From Candidatus Thorarchaeota archaeon (GTDB lineage: Archaea > Asgardarchaeota > Thorarchaeia > Thorarchaeales > Thorarchaeaceae): 64,000 nucleotides of DNA. This document shows, one piece after another, positions 38,166 to 46,803 of this stretch; within the stretch, counting starts at the first letter, position 1, and the number at the start of each line of letters is the position of its first letter. A model generated the notes under the pieces. The model ran no database searches. It had not been told where the DNA came from and saw nothing but the letters and a program-made list of their open reading frames with translations. The stretch covers positions 2,800,021-2,864,020 of the forward strand of contig CP070761.1 in NCBI GenBank assembly GCA_020348985.1. Reading direction: 5' to 3'. The translations under genes were made by a program, and so were the position numbers.

Positions 38166-38495
38166 GTGACAATCGCGGTAGCAGAAACCAAAGAGGGGTT
38201 ACAGTACAATCCCACGCTGTGCAATCGTTGCGGCATTTGCGTTGAAGTGTGTCCGTTTAATGTCTGGGAAATACCAGAGGAAGGCCCAGCAATTCCTGCA
38301 AGATCAGAGGACTGCACGAATTGCACCGCTTGCGCAAAGAATTGTTTGGGTGGCGCCCTATCTGTAACAAACATGGGCTGTGGCTGCGTTTGGAACCAGG
38401 GGGCACAACTTCAGGGCAAATGTTCGGACACAGTCGTAGGAAATTTCTCGCCACAGTCAGATAGTGAAACCGACAGCACTTCTTGTTGTGGATAG
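38166..38495 (+). CDS. hgcB: HgcB-like 2[4Fe-4S] ferredoxin with Cys-rich tail
   Basis: CNRCGICVEVCP and CTNCTACAKNC, then GCGC and terminal SCCG; starts 6 nt after the hgcA-like stop. Confidence 0.82.
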   Translation: MTIAVAETKEGLQYNPTLCNRCGICVEVCPFNVWEIPEEGPAIPARSEDCTNCTACAKNCLGGALSVTNMGCGCVWNQGAQLQGKCSDTVVGNFSPQSDSETDSTSCCG

Positions 38496-38640
38496 CACTC
38501 TTTGTTCCATCGAAACTGACGTCCACACTGGTCGGAGTCCGTCAACACATCTGTTAAAAGAGAGAACACATAGAGTGCAGTAGGACGTCTATTAGGAGGC
38601 GACAGGGATTACTCCGAAAGTTCTATCGAGAAAGCCGTTT

Positions 38641-39393
38641 GTGTTGATGCTTCAAGATGACTCAGGTGAATTGACCCCGGTCAAGCTTGATCCAGCCCTT
38701 GTTTCAAGTGACAACGCAATCATCGTACTTGATGAAATCAATGACACTTGTTGGGTCTTCATTGGGAGGCATGTGAATATGCCGACCCGAATGCATGCTC
38801 TCAGAATGGGCAAGTCAGTGGCGAAGTCTGGATACAAGATTGGCGTCACGACAATAGGAATGGGATCAAGTCGTATCGTCGAGATGCTAGAAAAGGACGA
38901 CAGTGACGCGGATGTTGTAGCAGCCATAGCGGAATTTAGGGATACCCTCTCGGGAAGATGGGCCTTTGACGACAAGGTTCTAGCCTTCCGAGGAGAGGTC
39001 GTGGAAGAACCGATCGCAGGCGCTCCTGAGCCAACACCAGCACCAGAACCCGTGGAAGCATATGAGGAACCAACTCTTGTTGCTGAGACAATCGAAGAGG
39101 AACCAGAGGTTCCAGCTGAGGTGCCTGCTCCGTCCCCAGAGCCAACAGTTACGCTAGGCGAAAAGAAGCTTGCCTACCTACTCTATTCTGCGGTGAAACA
39201 CTCTGACCTGATCTATACGGAGAAATTCGAAAGAGATGGGAAGATGGGCGTGAAAGTAGAAGCACCGGGTACAATGGTAATTGAGGTTATCATGGACGGG
39301 GACGATCTCAAGGTTGATCCAGCAACCTTCGGTGACAGCGAAATGGCTCAGAGTGTAAAATCTGAGTACGAGACTTGGCTAGGAAAGGTTTGA
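38641..39393 (+). CDS. Gelsolin-like domain + Pro/Glu-rich linker + small C-terminal domain
   Basis: IIVLDEINDTCWVFIGR...RMHALRMGKSV resembles a gelsolin repeat; PEPTPAPEP linker. Confidence 0.7.
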   Translation: MLMLQDDSGELTPVKLDPALVSSDNAIIVLDEINDTCWVFIGRHVNMPTRMHALRMGKSVAKSGYKIGVTTIGMGSSRIVEMLEKDDSDADVVAAIAEFRDTLSGRWAFDDKVLAFRGEVVEEPIAGAPEPTPAPEPVEAYEEPTLVAETIEEEPEVPAEVPAPSPEPTVTLGEKKLAYLLYSAVKHSDLIYTEKFERDGKMGVKVEAPGTMVIEVIMDGDDLKVDPATFGDSEMAQSVKSEYETWLGKV

Positions 39394-39406
39394 AGGGACA
39401 AGAGAT

Positions 39407-39435
39407 TGGGGCAAGATGTGTATTGTCTTGCCTCA
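39407..39435. terminator. Hairpin between convergent genes
   Basis: TGGGGCAAGAT-7 nt-GTCTTGCCTCA between the stops at 39393 and 39454. Confidence 0.5.
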
Positions 39436-39453
39436 CTTTGTTTCTAGCTAGGG

Positions 39454-40209
39454 TCAGTTTCTTCTGACTCGGTACCAGTATCGATAGACTTCCTCGAATC
39501 CTAACTTATTATACAGCCGTAGGGCGGGCTTGTTCTCTGTTTCTACCTGTAGATAGCACTTCGCCGCCCCTCTTCGCCGACCCCATTCAGCTATAGCAGA
39601 GTTGATTGACAATGCCACTCCCTGTCTCCTGTAGTTGTCCAATGTAACTAATGAAAAGAGACCAACCCACTCATTCTCGCGAACTCCGAACCCTACACCG
39701 ACAATCCCGCCGTCCATTGACACACTAGCGAAAACCTTCTCAGGTAGCGTTCTATCCATGATACCCTTCCGCGTCGCAAGACTATGACGATCGAAATTCC
39801 CGCCCTTTGCGTAAGCATTCAACCAAGACGGGGTCGGCGCATCTATCAAATCAACTTCATGTTTTCCGCCGTTACTTGCGACCGAGTCGATTGGCGCAGT
39901 CTGGATCGAAACGGTCAACCCCAATTCAAATCCAAATGCTTGAACGGTATCATCGAGATTCGATGGCTCGCAAGCCGGGCTCATCTGAAAACGAGGAGGA
40001 AGTCCTCGGCTTTCGTAGAATCCTATCACATGTTCTATGGCTTTCGAGGTCTCCATCTTGGGTGATCCGATAGGGAGTGCGCTGTTTGCTCTTCGAGTTA
40101 TTCCATCGTTTGCTCTCAGAATCCATTCACCAAGGTACTCCAAGTCACGTGCCCGCCAAGCGTTGAATGCGATTCTTTCGAGTTTGGCAATCTCTTTGAG
40201 GGGCAACAA
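39454..40209 (-). CDS. GNAT family N-acetyltransferase
   Basis: TRRANS, YRRQGVA, YLQVETENKPALRLYNKLGF. Confidence 0.9.
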   Translation of the reverse strand: MLPLKEIAKLERIAFNAWRARDLEYLGEWILRANDGITRRANSALPIGSPKMETSKAIEHVIGFYESRGLPPRFQMSPACEPSNLDDTVQAFGFELGLTVSIQTAPIDSVASNGGKHEVDLIDAPTPSWLNAYAKGGNFDRHSLATRKGIMDRTLPEKVFASVSMDGGIVGVGFGVRENEWVGLFSLVTLDNYRRQGVALSINSAIAEWGRRRGAAKCYLQVETENKPALRLYNKLGFEEVYRYWYRVRRN

Positions 40210-40309
40210 TTGGCATATACCTCCGTGTCATATCGTCTGAGAGATGCCATGTCACGCTGTAGTCACATTAATGAACCTGACTCCTGCACATTTCTAATGT
40301 GACAGGACC

Positions 40310-41248
40310 ATGAGCAGGCTTCGCTGGAACATGATTCTAGGAGAATGGGTTATAGTCACGCCTCATAGAGCTGATAGACCGTTTCAAGACCCAAGCAGGG
40401 ACTGCCCTTTCTGTCCAGGAAAGGAAGAAACCTCTGGAGATTGGACCGTGCTGACTTTGGATAACAAGTTCCCATCATTGCATCCGGAGCCAGGCATTGT
40501 GCCTTTGGACGCTAATGTAGTTTTAGAGGCCCCAGCATATGGTGAATGCAAGGTGATAGTCTATTCTCCCAACCATGAAGCACAAATTGAGAATCTGGAT
40601 GATGATGAAGTAGGCCGGATTCTTGGTGAATACATACGGGTGTTCAATAGCCTCGATTCGAAGCAGGGGGTAGAATATGTTTACCAATTCGAGAACAGAG
40701 GCGAAGCAATTGGAGTGAGTCTGAGTCATCCCCACGCTCAAGTGTACGCACTTCCCTTCGTACCACCTCGAATCAAGAGAGAGCTCGGACAGGTTGAGAA
40801 GTGGCTGAAGGAGGACGGGAGCTGCTTATTCTGTCACATGCTCCAGAAAGAGGTCGAAGCGGGACAAAGAGTCGTCGCTGAAACAGACAACTTCGTCACA
40901 ATCGTTCCGTTTGGTGCAAGACTACCATTTGAGGTGCATATCTATCCAAGAGATCATGTATCCAGTTTGACGGAGCTAGAAGGGGTGCTGCACGAACTTG
41001 CATCTGTGATTAGGGATGTCGTTCAGAGATTCTCGAAACTCTTTGACGAAAACTCGTACGTTATGGCGTTTCATACAAGACCCTCTAAAGGTGACTTCTC
41101 TCACTGGCACTTCCACATAGAGTTCTACCCGCCTTGGCGAGACCGTTCAAGAATCAAGTACCTGGCAGGTCTAGAGACTGGCACCTGGGTATATACTAAT
41201 GACACAATCCCCGAGAATGTGGCTCAAGAACTTAGAGAGGCGCTCTAG
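40310..41248 (+). CDS. galT: Galactose-1-phosphate uridylyltransferase
   Basis: RADRP, CPFCPG, NKFP, FENRG, SLSHPHAQ. Confidence 0.93.
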   Translation: MSRLRWNMILGEWVIVTPHRADRPFQDPSRDCPFCPGKEETSGDWTVLTLDNKFPSLHPEPGIVPLDANVVLEAPAYGECKVIVYSPNHEAQIENLDDDEVGRILGEYIRVFNSLDSKQGVEYVYQFENRGEAIGVSLSHPHAQVYALPFVPPRIKRELGQVEKWLKEDGSCLFCHMLQKEVEAGQRVVAETDNFVTIVPFGARLPFEVHIYPRDHVSSLTELEGVLHELASVIRDVVQRFSKLFDENSYVMAFHTRPSKGDFSHWHFHIEFYPPWRDRSRIKYLAGLETGTWVYTNDTIPENVAQELREAL

Positions 41249-41250
41249 CT

Positions 41251-42417
41251 ATGCAAGTTCCAGATGGAATGTTGGATGAACTGGAAAGACTACTGGAACA
41301 GACGACACCTACGTACTTGGTGTCCAGAGCCCCCGGAAGGATTGAAGTCCTGGGGAATCACGTTGACTATAATGGCGGCATTGTTCTTGCAGCTACAATA
41401 AATCGATTTGTATGGTCAGTAGGTGTTCAGACAGAAGAACTCGTTGTGCATTCGATGAACATGAATGAAACCCGCAGAATCCAGAGAGAAAACATCAGCC
41501 CGGTGACAGGTCCGGAGTGGCACAGCTATGCGGAAGGGATCTACTGGGCGTTTAAAAGAAGGAACCATGATGTTCTGAATACGACATCCGTCATCTCGGG
41601 GGACGTTCCAATTGGATCAGGTCTGAGTTCTTCTGCGGCATTTGAGGTCTCCCTTGCGAATCTTGTCGCCAGATTAAGTGGAATCAATCTCAATCCCAGA
41701 GCAATGGCAATGATTGCCTTTGAAGCTGAGCGATTGTACTGCCAGGTTTCTTGTGGGGTAATGGATCAATTTACGTCACAGGTAGGTAAACCCGATTCTC
41801 TCCTCGGCATCTTCTGTGCGAATCTGCAAGTCAGACACATTCCATGGCCAAATGACGTTGGACTCGTTATCAGCGATTCAGGAGTCTCGCGTTCTGCGGT
41901 AGAATCACTCAATGAGCGAAGGAATGAATGTCAAGCCGCACTACGCCAATTGACAGAAGGAGGATTCGAAATCAATAATCTCTCAGAGATAGGACAACAA
42001 GAGCTCAGCGATGTTAATGATCTTCTCTCAGAGAGGCTGTTTAAGCGTGTACGTCATGTGGTAGACGAAAACATGAGAGTTGTGCAGGGGATGACGGCTC
42101 TGAGAGAAGGAAACTCGAAGGAATTTGGAAGACTCATGTTCGAGTCCCACGAAAGCTCAAAGAACTTGTACGAGGTGTCTCATGAGAATCTTGACTTGCT
42201 GGTCAATATGGCACGAGGTCTACCAGGTGTCCTTGGAAGCAGACTTACTGGTGCAGGATTGGGCGGGAGTACGATTACTATGGTGAAGGCAAGACATCTT
42301 GCTGAATTCGTGAAGGAGATCGGGAGTGAATATGAACGAGAGTCTGGTAACCAGCCTTCAGTTTATGCGACTCAAATCCCAGGCGGAATCGTCGTCGAGG
42401 AGTGTGGCAAGAAATGA
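41251..42417 (+). CDS. galK: Galactokinase
   Basis: APGRIEVLGNHVDYNGG, PIGSGLSSSAA, CGVMDQ, RLTGAGLGG. Confidence 0.92.
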   Translation: MQVPDGMLDELERLLEQTTPTYLVSRAPGRIEVLGNHVDYNGGIVLAATINRFVWSVGVQTEELVVHSMNMNETRRIQRENISPVTGPEWHSYAEGIYWAFKRRNHDVLNTTSVISGDVPIGSGLSSSAAFEVSLANLVARLSGINLNPRAMAMIAFEAERLYCQVSCGVMDQFTSQVGKPDSLLGIFCANLQVRHIPWPNDVGLVISDSGVSRSAVESLNERRNECQAALRQLTEGGFEINNLSEIGQQELSDVNDLLSERLFKRVRHVVDENMRVVQGMTALREGNSKEFGRLMFESHESSKNLYEVSHENLDLLVNMARGLPGVLGSRLTGAGLGGSTITMVKARHLAEFVKEIGSEYERESGNQPSVYATQIPGGIVVEECGKK

Positions 42418-45344
42418 ATGATATTGATGGTTTAGTCATAAGTGAGACCCATTGGGATCGCGCATGGTATCGAACGTTTCAGCAATTCAGACTTCGCTTA
42501 GTCAGGATGGTGGACAACCTCCTCGACATTCTTGATGAGAATCCGGATTTCAAGCATTTCACATTTGATGGACAGACAATTGTGCTTGAGGACTATCTAG
42601 AGGTCAAGCCGCACAATAGAAGAAGGCTGGAGAATCTAATCCAGAGGCAGCGCATACTGGTTGGACCGTGGTACGTGTTACCAGATCTCTTCTTGGTTTC
42701 TGGGGAGGCTCTAATTCGGAACCTGTTGATCGGTCACTCTATTGCGTCAGAGTTTGGTCACGTGATGAAAGTTGGTTATGTGCCCGACCCGTTTGGACAT
42801 GTTGGCCAGATGCCTCAGATAATGTCGCAGTTTGGAATTGATTCATACGTTTTCGCGAGAGGTACAGGAGACGAGGTAGACGATCTTGGCTGCGAGTTTA
42901 TCTGGCAAGCTTCTGACGGCACGGAGGTACTTGCCCACTGGCTGCCTGAGTCATACGGAAATTCAGCGAACCTGCCCGACGATGTTGATGAAGCTGTCTC
43001 AACTCTCGAGTACAATATGTCAATTCTCAGACCTTGGTCAAGAGTAGGCACCTGTCTTCTGATGAATGGGTCGGACCATCTAGAGGCCCAAGCACATCTG
43101 CCAGAAGTGATACGAGCTTACAATAAGAAGAACGACAAGAAGATCGCCTTTGGCACTCTGCCCATGTTTGTCGATCGCATGCGAGACAATCGTGAGAAAC
43201 TGAAGTGCTACAGGGGCGAATTCAGGAAATCCAAGCATCAGAATCTCCTGTCCGGTGTGTACTCTACCCGAATCTACTTGAAACAGACAAATGAGTATAG
43301 TCAGCGGCTTCTAGAGAGATTAGTTGAGCCTATTAGCACAATGGCTCACGTAGTTGGAGGACAATATCCTAAACACGAGATACGACAGGCGTGGAAGTAC
43401 TTGATTCGAAACCACCCCCACGATGACATTTGTGGATGCAGCATCGATCAGGTTCACGATGATATGATGCAAAGATATCGCTGGATCGAAGAGATTGGAC
43501 AGTATGTCCTCGAACAAGCATTGATGAGTCTTAGTAGTAATCTGTGTGACCCTGGACGGTACATCGTAGCATTCAACCCTGTTCCTAGGCAAAGGTCTGG
43601 AGTCGCGATTGCCCAATTCCCCATGTCAGCTGTTAGATTCAGTAGGCTGCCAGCTGTCCAATTGGTAGACCCGTCACTTGTTCCATCGACTCCGCTCGAA
43701 GCCGCGAAGAATGAGGTGCACATTGGGTTCCTGCGGGACTATGGACTAGACCTGTCGCCTGATCATACCAGGACAATCACTGTTGGCAACCAGAGTCTCA
43801 CCGAGTTCGAGTTTGATATCTCAGGTGGTGTTCAGATGTTGCCTATCTTGGAAGAAATCCTCTGTCAGCTATCCACAGCCTATCGAGTCCGCGTCAATGA
43901 TAACAACGAGGTCGTGGAGATATGGGCAAGAAAACATGATGCTGAGTCCACAACAGAAGGAGAACCCGTCCTGACCGACCTTGATGGAAACGAAATACCT
44001 GTTCAAGTAATTCAGAAGGTCGTCTGGTCTGACCCGCGGTCAACAATAACCACGGACAAGGAGGAGTATGTCCAAGTGGCCTTCTGGAATTCAGATACAG
44101 AGGGACTTGGACTCAAGAACTACGGTCTGTCCGTTTCGGACAATATGACCCCAATTCAACCACCAGACGTAGTCAAAGCAACGAAGAATAGCATAGAGAA
44201 TTCACTGGTCAGGATTACAGTAGACAAGAGGGGATTGGTGAATATCGTTGACAAAACCACTGGTGAGGCCTATACAAATCTATTGATGTTCGAAGATTCG
44301 GGGGACACTGGTGATGAATACGACTACTGTCCTACCAAGGAGAATCAAGTCATTCGGAGTGCCGGTGACATCCATTCCATCGAGATACTACACACGGGAC
44401 CTCTTGTCGGAGCAATAAGAATCACAGGAGTGCTTGAGATCCCTGAGGCAATCACGCCTGATGGTGTAAGGAGAACAGCGGAGTTGACTGCGTGTGAATT
44501 CTCAAACGAGCTTTGGCTAAATGCAGGCAGTCCCACTGTAGCTGTTTCCACCGAGTTCGCAAATCTCGCCTTTGACCATAGGCTCCGGGTTCTTATACCG
44601 ACAAACACCAGTGCACAGACGTGTCATGCAGACAGTACCTTTGACATTGTCGAAAGACCCTACGCGTCCAAGCCTGAGAATGACTGGAAACAGCCCACCC
44701 AGCCAACTTACCCGATGAGGAGTTACGTATGCATGAGCAACGACAGAAGGGGCCTCACTGTTACTACTAGAGGGTTGATTGAATTCGAAATGTTGGAGGA
44801 TTCAGGAGGTACAATAGCTCTAACCCTTCTCAGATCAGTGGGATGGTTGGCAAAACCGACATTGGACACAAGACCTTCAGGAGCGGGTCCGAAACTTGAA
44901 ACGCCGGACGCCCAATGTATCGGCGACCATGTCTTCGAATATGCAATCACCCCTCACATTGGGGGCTGTCTCGATAGCGGGGCAACTTCGGAAAGCGAGG
45001 AATATCTGCTCCCCATTATGACTGACCACGTTTGCGTGTCGGATTGCCGTGAGAAGCAAATCGGAAGCCCATCTCTAACTCTTGAGCCAGACACCTTGAG
45101 ACTCTCAGCACTCAAGATGGCGGAGGACAGCTCTGACTACATTCTGAGAGTCTGGAACATGTCGGACAAAGCTGAGACTGCAACTGTAAGTCTGGGATTC
45201 GAAATTGTAGAGGCAATCGGAGCCAAGTTGGATGAGGATATCGATTCCAATGTTGCTGTTACCTTGAAGGATTCTCGGACAATAGAAATGCAAGTCCCAT
45301 CCAAAAGAGCAGTGACTCTCAGACTAAGAACCGACAAAGCTTGA
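42414..45344 (+). CDS. Glycoside hydrolase family 38 (alpha-mannosidase/mannosylglycerate hydrolase-like)
   Basis: THWDRAWY, DGQT, GPWYVLPD, PDPFGH, NGSDH, HDDICGCS, TLLRSVG. Confidence 0.93.
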   Translation: MNDIDGLVISETHWDRAWYRTFQQFRLRLVRMVDNLLDILDENPDFKHFTFDGQTIVLEDYLEVKPHNRRRLENLIQRQRILVGPWYVLPDLFLVSGEALIRNLLIGHSIASEFGHVMKVGYVPDPFGHVGQMPQIMSQFGIDSYVFARGTGDEVDDLGCEFIWQASDGTEVLAHWLPESYGNSANLPDDVDEAVSTLEYNMSILRPWSRVGTCLLMNGSDHLEAQAHLPEVIRAYNKKNDKKIAFGTLPMFVDRMRDNREKLKCYRGEFRKSKHQNLLSGVYSTRIYLKQTNEYSQRLLERLVEPISTMAHVVGGQYPKHEIRQAWKYLIRNHPHDDICGCSIDQVHDDMMQRYRWIEEIGQYVLEQALMSLSSNLCDPGRYIVAFNPVPRQRSGVAIAQFPMSAVRFSRLPAVQLVDPSLVPSTPLEAAKNEVHIGFLRDYGLDLSPDHTRTITVGNQSLTEFEFDISGGVQMLPILEEILCQLSTAYRVRVNDNNEVVEIWARKHDAESTTEGEPVLTDLDGNEIPVQVIQKVVWSDPRSTITTDKEEYVQVAFWNSDTEGLGLKNYGLSVSDNMTPIQPPDVVKATKNSIENSLVRITVDKRGLVNIVDKTTGEAYTNLLMFEDSGDTGDEYDYCPTKENQVIRSAGDIHSIEILHTGPLVGAIRITGVLEIPEAITPDGVRRTAELTACEFSNELWLNAGSPTVAVSTEFANLAFDHRLRVLIPTNTSAQTCHADSTFDIVERPYASKPENDWKQPTQPTYPMRSYVCMSNDRRGLTVTTRGLIEFEMLEDSGGTIALTLLRSVGWLAKPTLDTRPSGAGPKLETPDAQCIGDHVFEYAITPHIGGCLDSGATSESEEYLLPIMTDHVCVSDCREKQIGSPSLTLEPDTLRLSALKMAEDSSDYILRVWNMSDKAETATVSLGFEIVEAIGAKLDEDIDSNVAVTLKDSRTIEMQVPSKRAVTLRLRTDKA

Positions 45345-46078
45345 GGAATTCGACCTTGATAAGTGATGAAGACGCCCTGATGGAAGTTGTCCGCGACTAC
45401 GCGCCCATTCTCCATTTTCATCCTAATGAGGGATCTCACTGCTGCTATCCTTCAGATGCAGAAGAAATCTATGAGAGATATTCAATGGATTGGTCTTTGT
45501 TTGAGGAAGATAGGACCCCCTCTTGCCTCCTTGCGTCCACACCCTGCTACTACGAACTGTGGAATGAAAAGCAGATGCTTCAGATACGCTATTGGTTCTG
45601 GTATAGATTCAACAGCTTTCCTGCACCAGGGAAGCGCGGCGACCATTTGGGCGACTGGGAACACATCGAGGTGAGGTTGTACAACGAGCCAGTTGATGAG
45701 AGCATTGCGATATGGCTCCTATCTAACCACCTGACGGCAAGGCTAGTATCAAGACCCCAAGGAGTAATACTCGAGGGCTTTGTTTCAGAGACTGCTATTC
45801 TGACAGGAAATCACGTACACTCATGGGTTGCATTGGGATCTCATGCCCACTATCCATCCCCATCAAGCAGACCGCAATGTTATGCTAAGTTCTTTTGCGA
45901 CAAGATTGCTGATGCAGGAGAAAGATGGAAGACATGGACGAATCTTATACCCTTGAGTGAGACCAATTTCGCAGAGTATACTGGAAGATGGGGCGATTCC
46001 CGGGCCCCAAGAAGTCCGACTAGCGAATACAACAATCGTTGGAGAAATGCGCCGAATTTAGCACCTCTTCAAACCTGA
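45341..46078 (+). CDS. Vps62-like protein
   Basis: YAPILHFHPNE, YWFWYRFN, HLGDWEHI, ALGSHAHY, YTGRWG; TTGA overlap with GH38. Confidence 0.75.
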   Translation: MRNSTLISDEDALMEVVRDYAPILHFHPNEGSHCCYPSDAEEIYERYSMDWSLFEEDRTPSCLLASTPCYYELWNEKQMLQIRYWFWYRFNSFPAPGKRGDHLGDWEHIEVRLYNEPVDESIAIWLLSNHLTARLVSRPQGVILEGFVSETAILTGNHVHSWVALGSHAHYPSPSSRPQCYAKFFCDKIADAGERWKTWTNLIPLSETNFAEYTGRWGDSRAPRSPTSEYNNRWRNAPNLAPLQT

Positions 46079-46117
46079 AATGTCAACGCACGAAGCCTTT
46101 AACAGAAAAGATGTGAC

Positions 46118-46801
46118 GTGGACGTGAGCATTATGGTGTTCGCACGGCACCTCACCAAAAAGGAAATCGAGATTCTTCTCCGAATGCAAGATTTCGTGAA
46201 GGAAGCCCACGCGGATAGTGATAGTCACGACTACTCACACGTCTTCACGGTTTGCTTGTATTCGATTGGAATCGCGAAGAATGTTCCTGACAAGTGTGAC
46301 CCGTTCATTGTCATTGCAGGTGCATTGTTGCATGACATAGGAAAGACGAATCGCGTGTTTTCACATATCCATGGTCTGCTTGGAGGAGGATTAGCAGAAG
46401 AGTACTTGGAAGGCCTGAGTGTTATGCCGTCTCTAATTGATGCAGTGTCTCAAGTTGTTGTTCGGCACACGCCGACTTCCATGATACCCCCTAGAACCGC
46501 TGAAGAGAAGGTTGTCTATGATGCAGACACTCTTGATCGCTTGGGCCTGATGGGGCTATTAAGAGGCTTCGTAGGAAAAGAAGGTAGCATGGAAGGCATT
46601 CTCACGAAGTATATGGAAAAACGAAAGGCCGACTACGCGAAGCTTAACTATGATTACAGCAGAGAGATTGGAGACTCCCTCCACAGCGAACTACTGGATT
46701 TCGTCTTCATGGTTGAGGACAGGCTGAAAGCACGATTGGCATCAATCGAACACATATTCGAGAAGGAAGGCCTCGTAGCAGGAGGCTCCAAAGCCCGATA
46801 A
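46118..46801 (+). CDS. HD-domain metal-dependent phosphohydrolase
   Basis: HDYSH, LLHDIGK, RH, YDADTLD. Confidence 0.88.
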   Translation: MDVSIMVFARHLTKKEIEILLRMQDFVKEAHADSDSHDYSHVFTVCLYSIGIAKNVPDKCDPFIVIAGALLHDIGKTNRVFSHIHGLLGGGLAEEYLEGLSVMPSLIDAVSQVVVRHTPTSMIPPRTAEEKVVYDADTLDRLGLMGLLRGFVGKEGSMEGILTKYMEKRKADYAKLNYDYSREIGDSLHSELLDFVFMVEDRLKARLASIEHIFEKEGLVAGGSKAR

Positions 46802-46803
46802 CG

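Noticed and set aside
36423-38495. Stating that this organism methylates mercury
   Set aside because: The motifs deviate from verified HgcA/HgcB, and HgcA-like paralogs need not methylate Hg; activity cannot be read from sequence.
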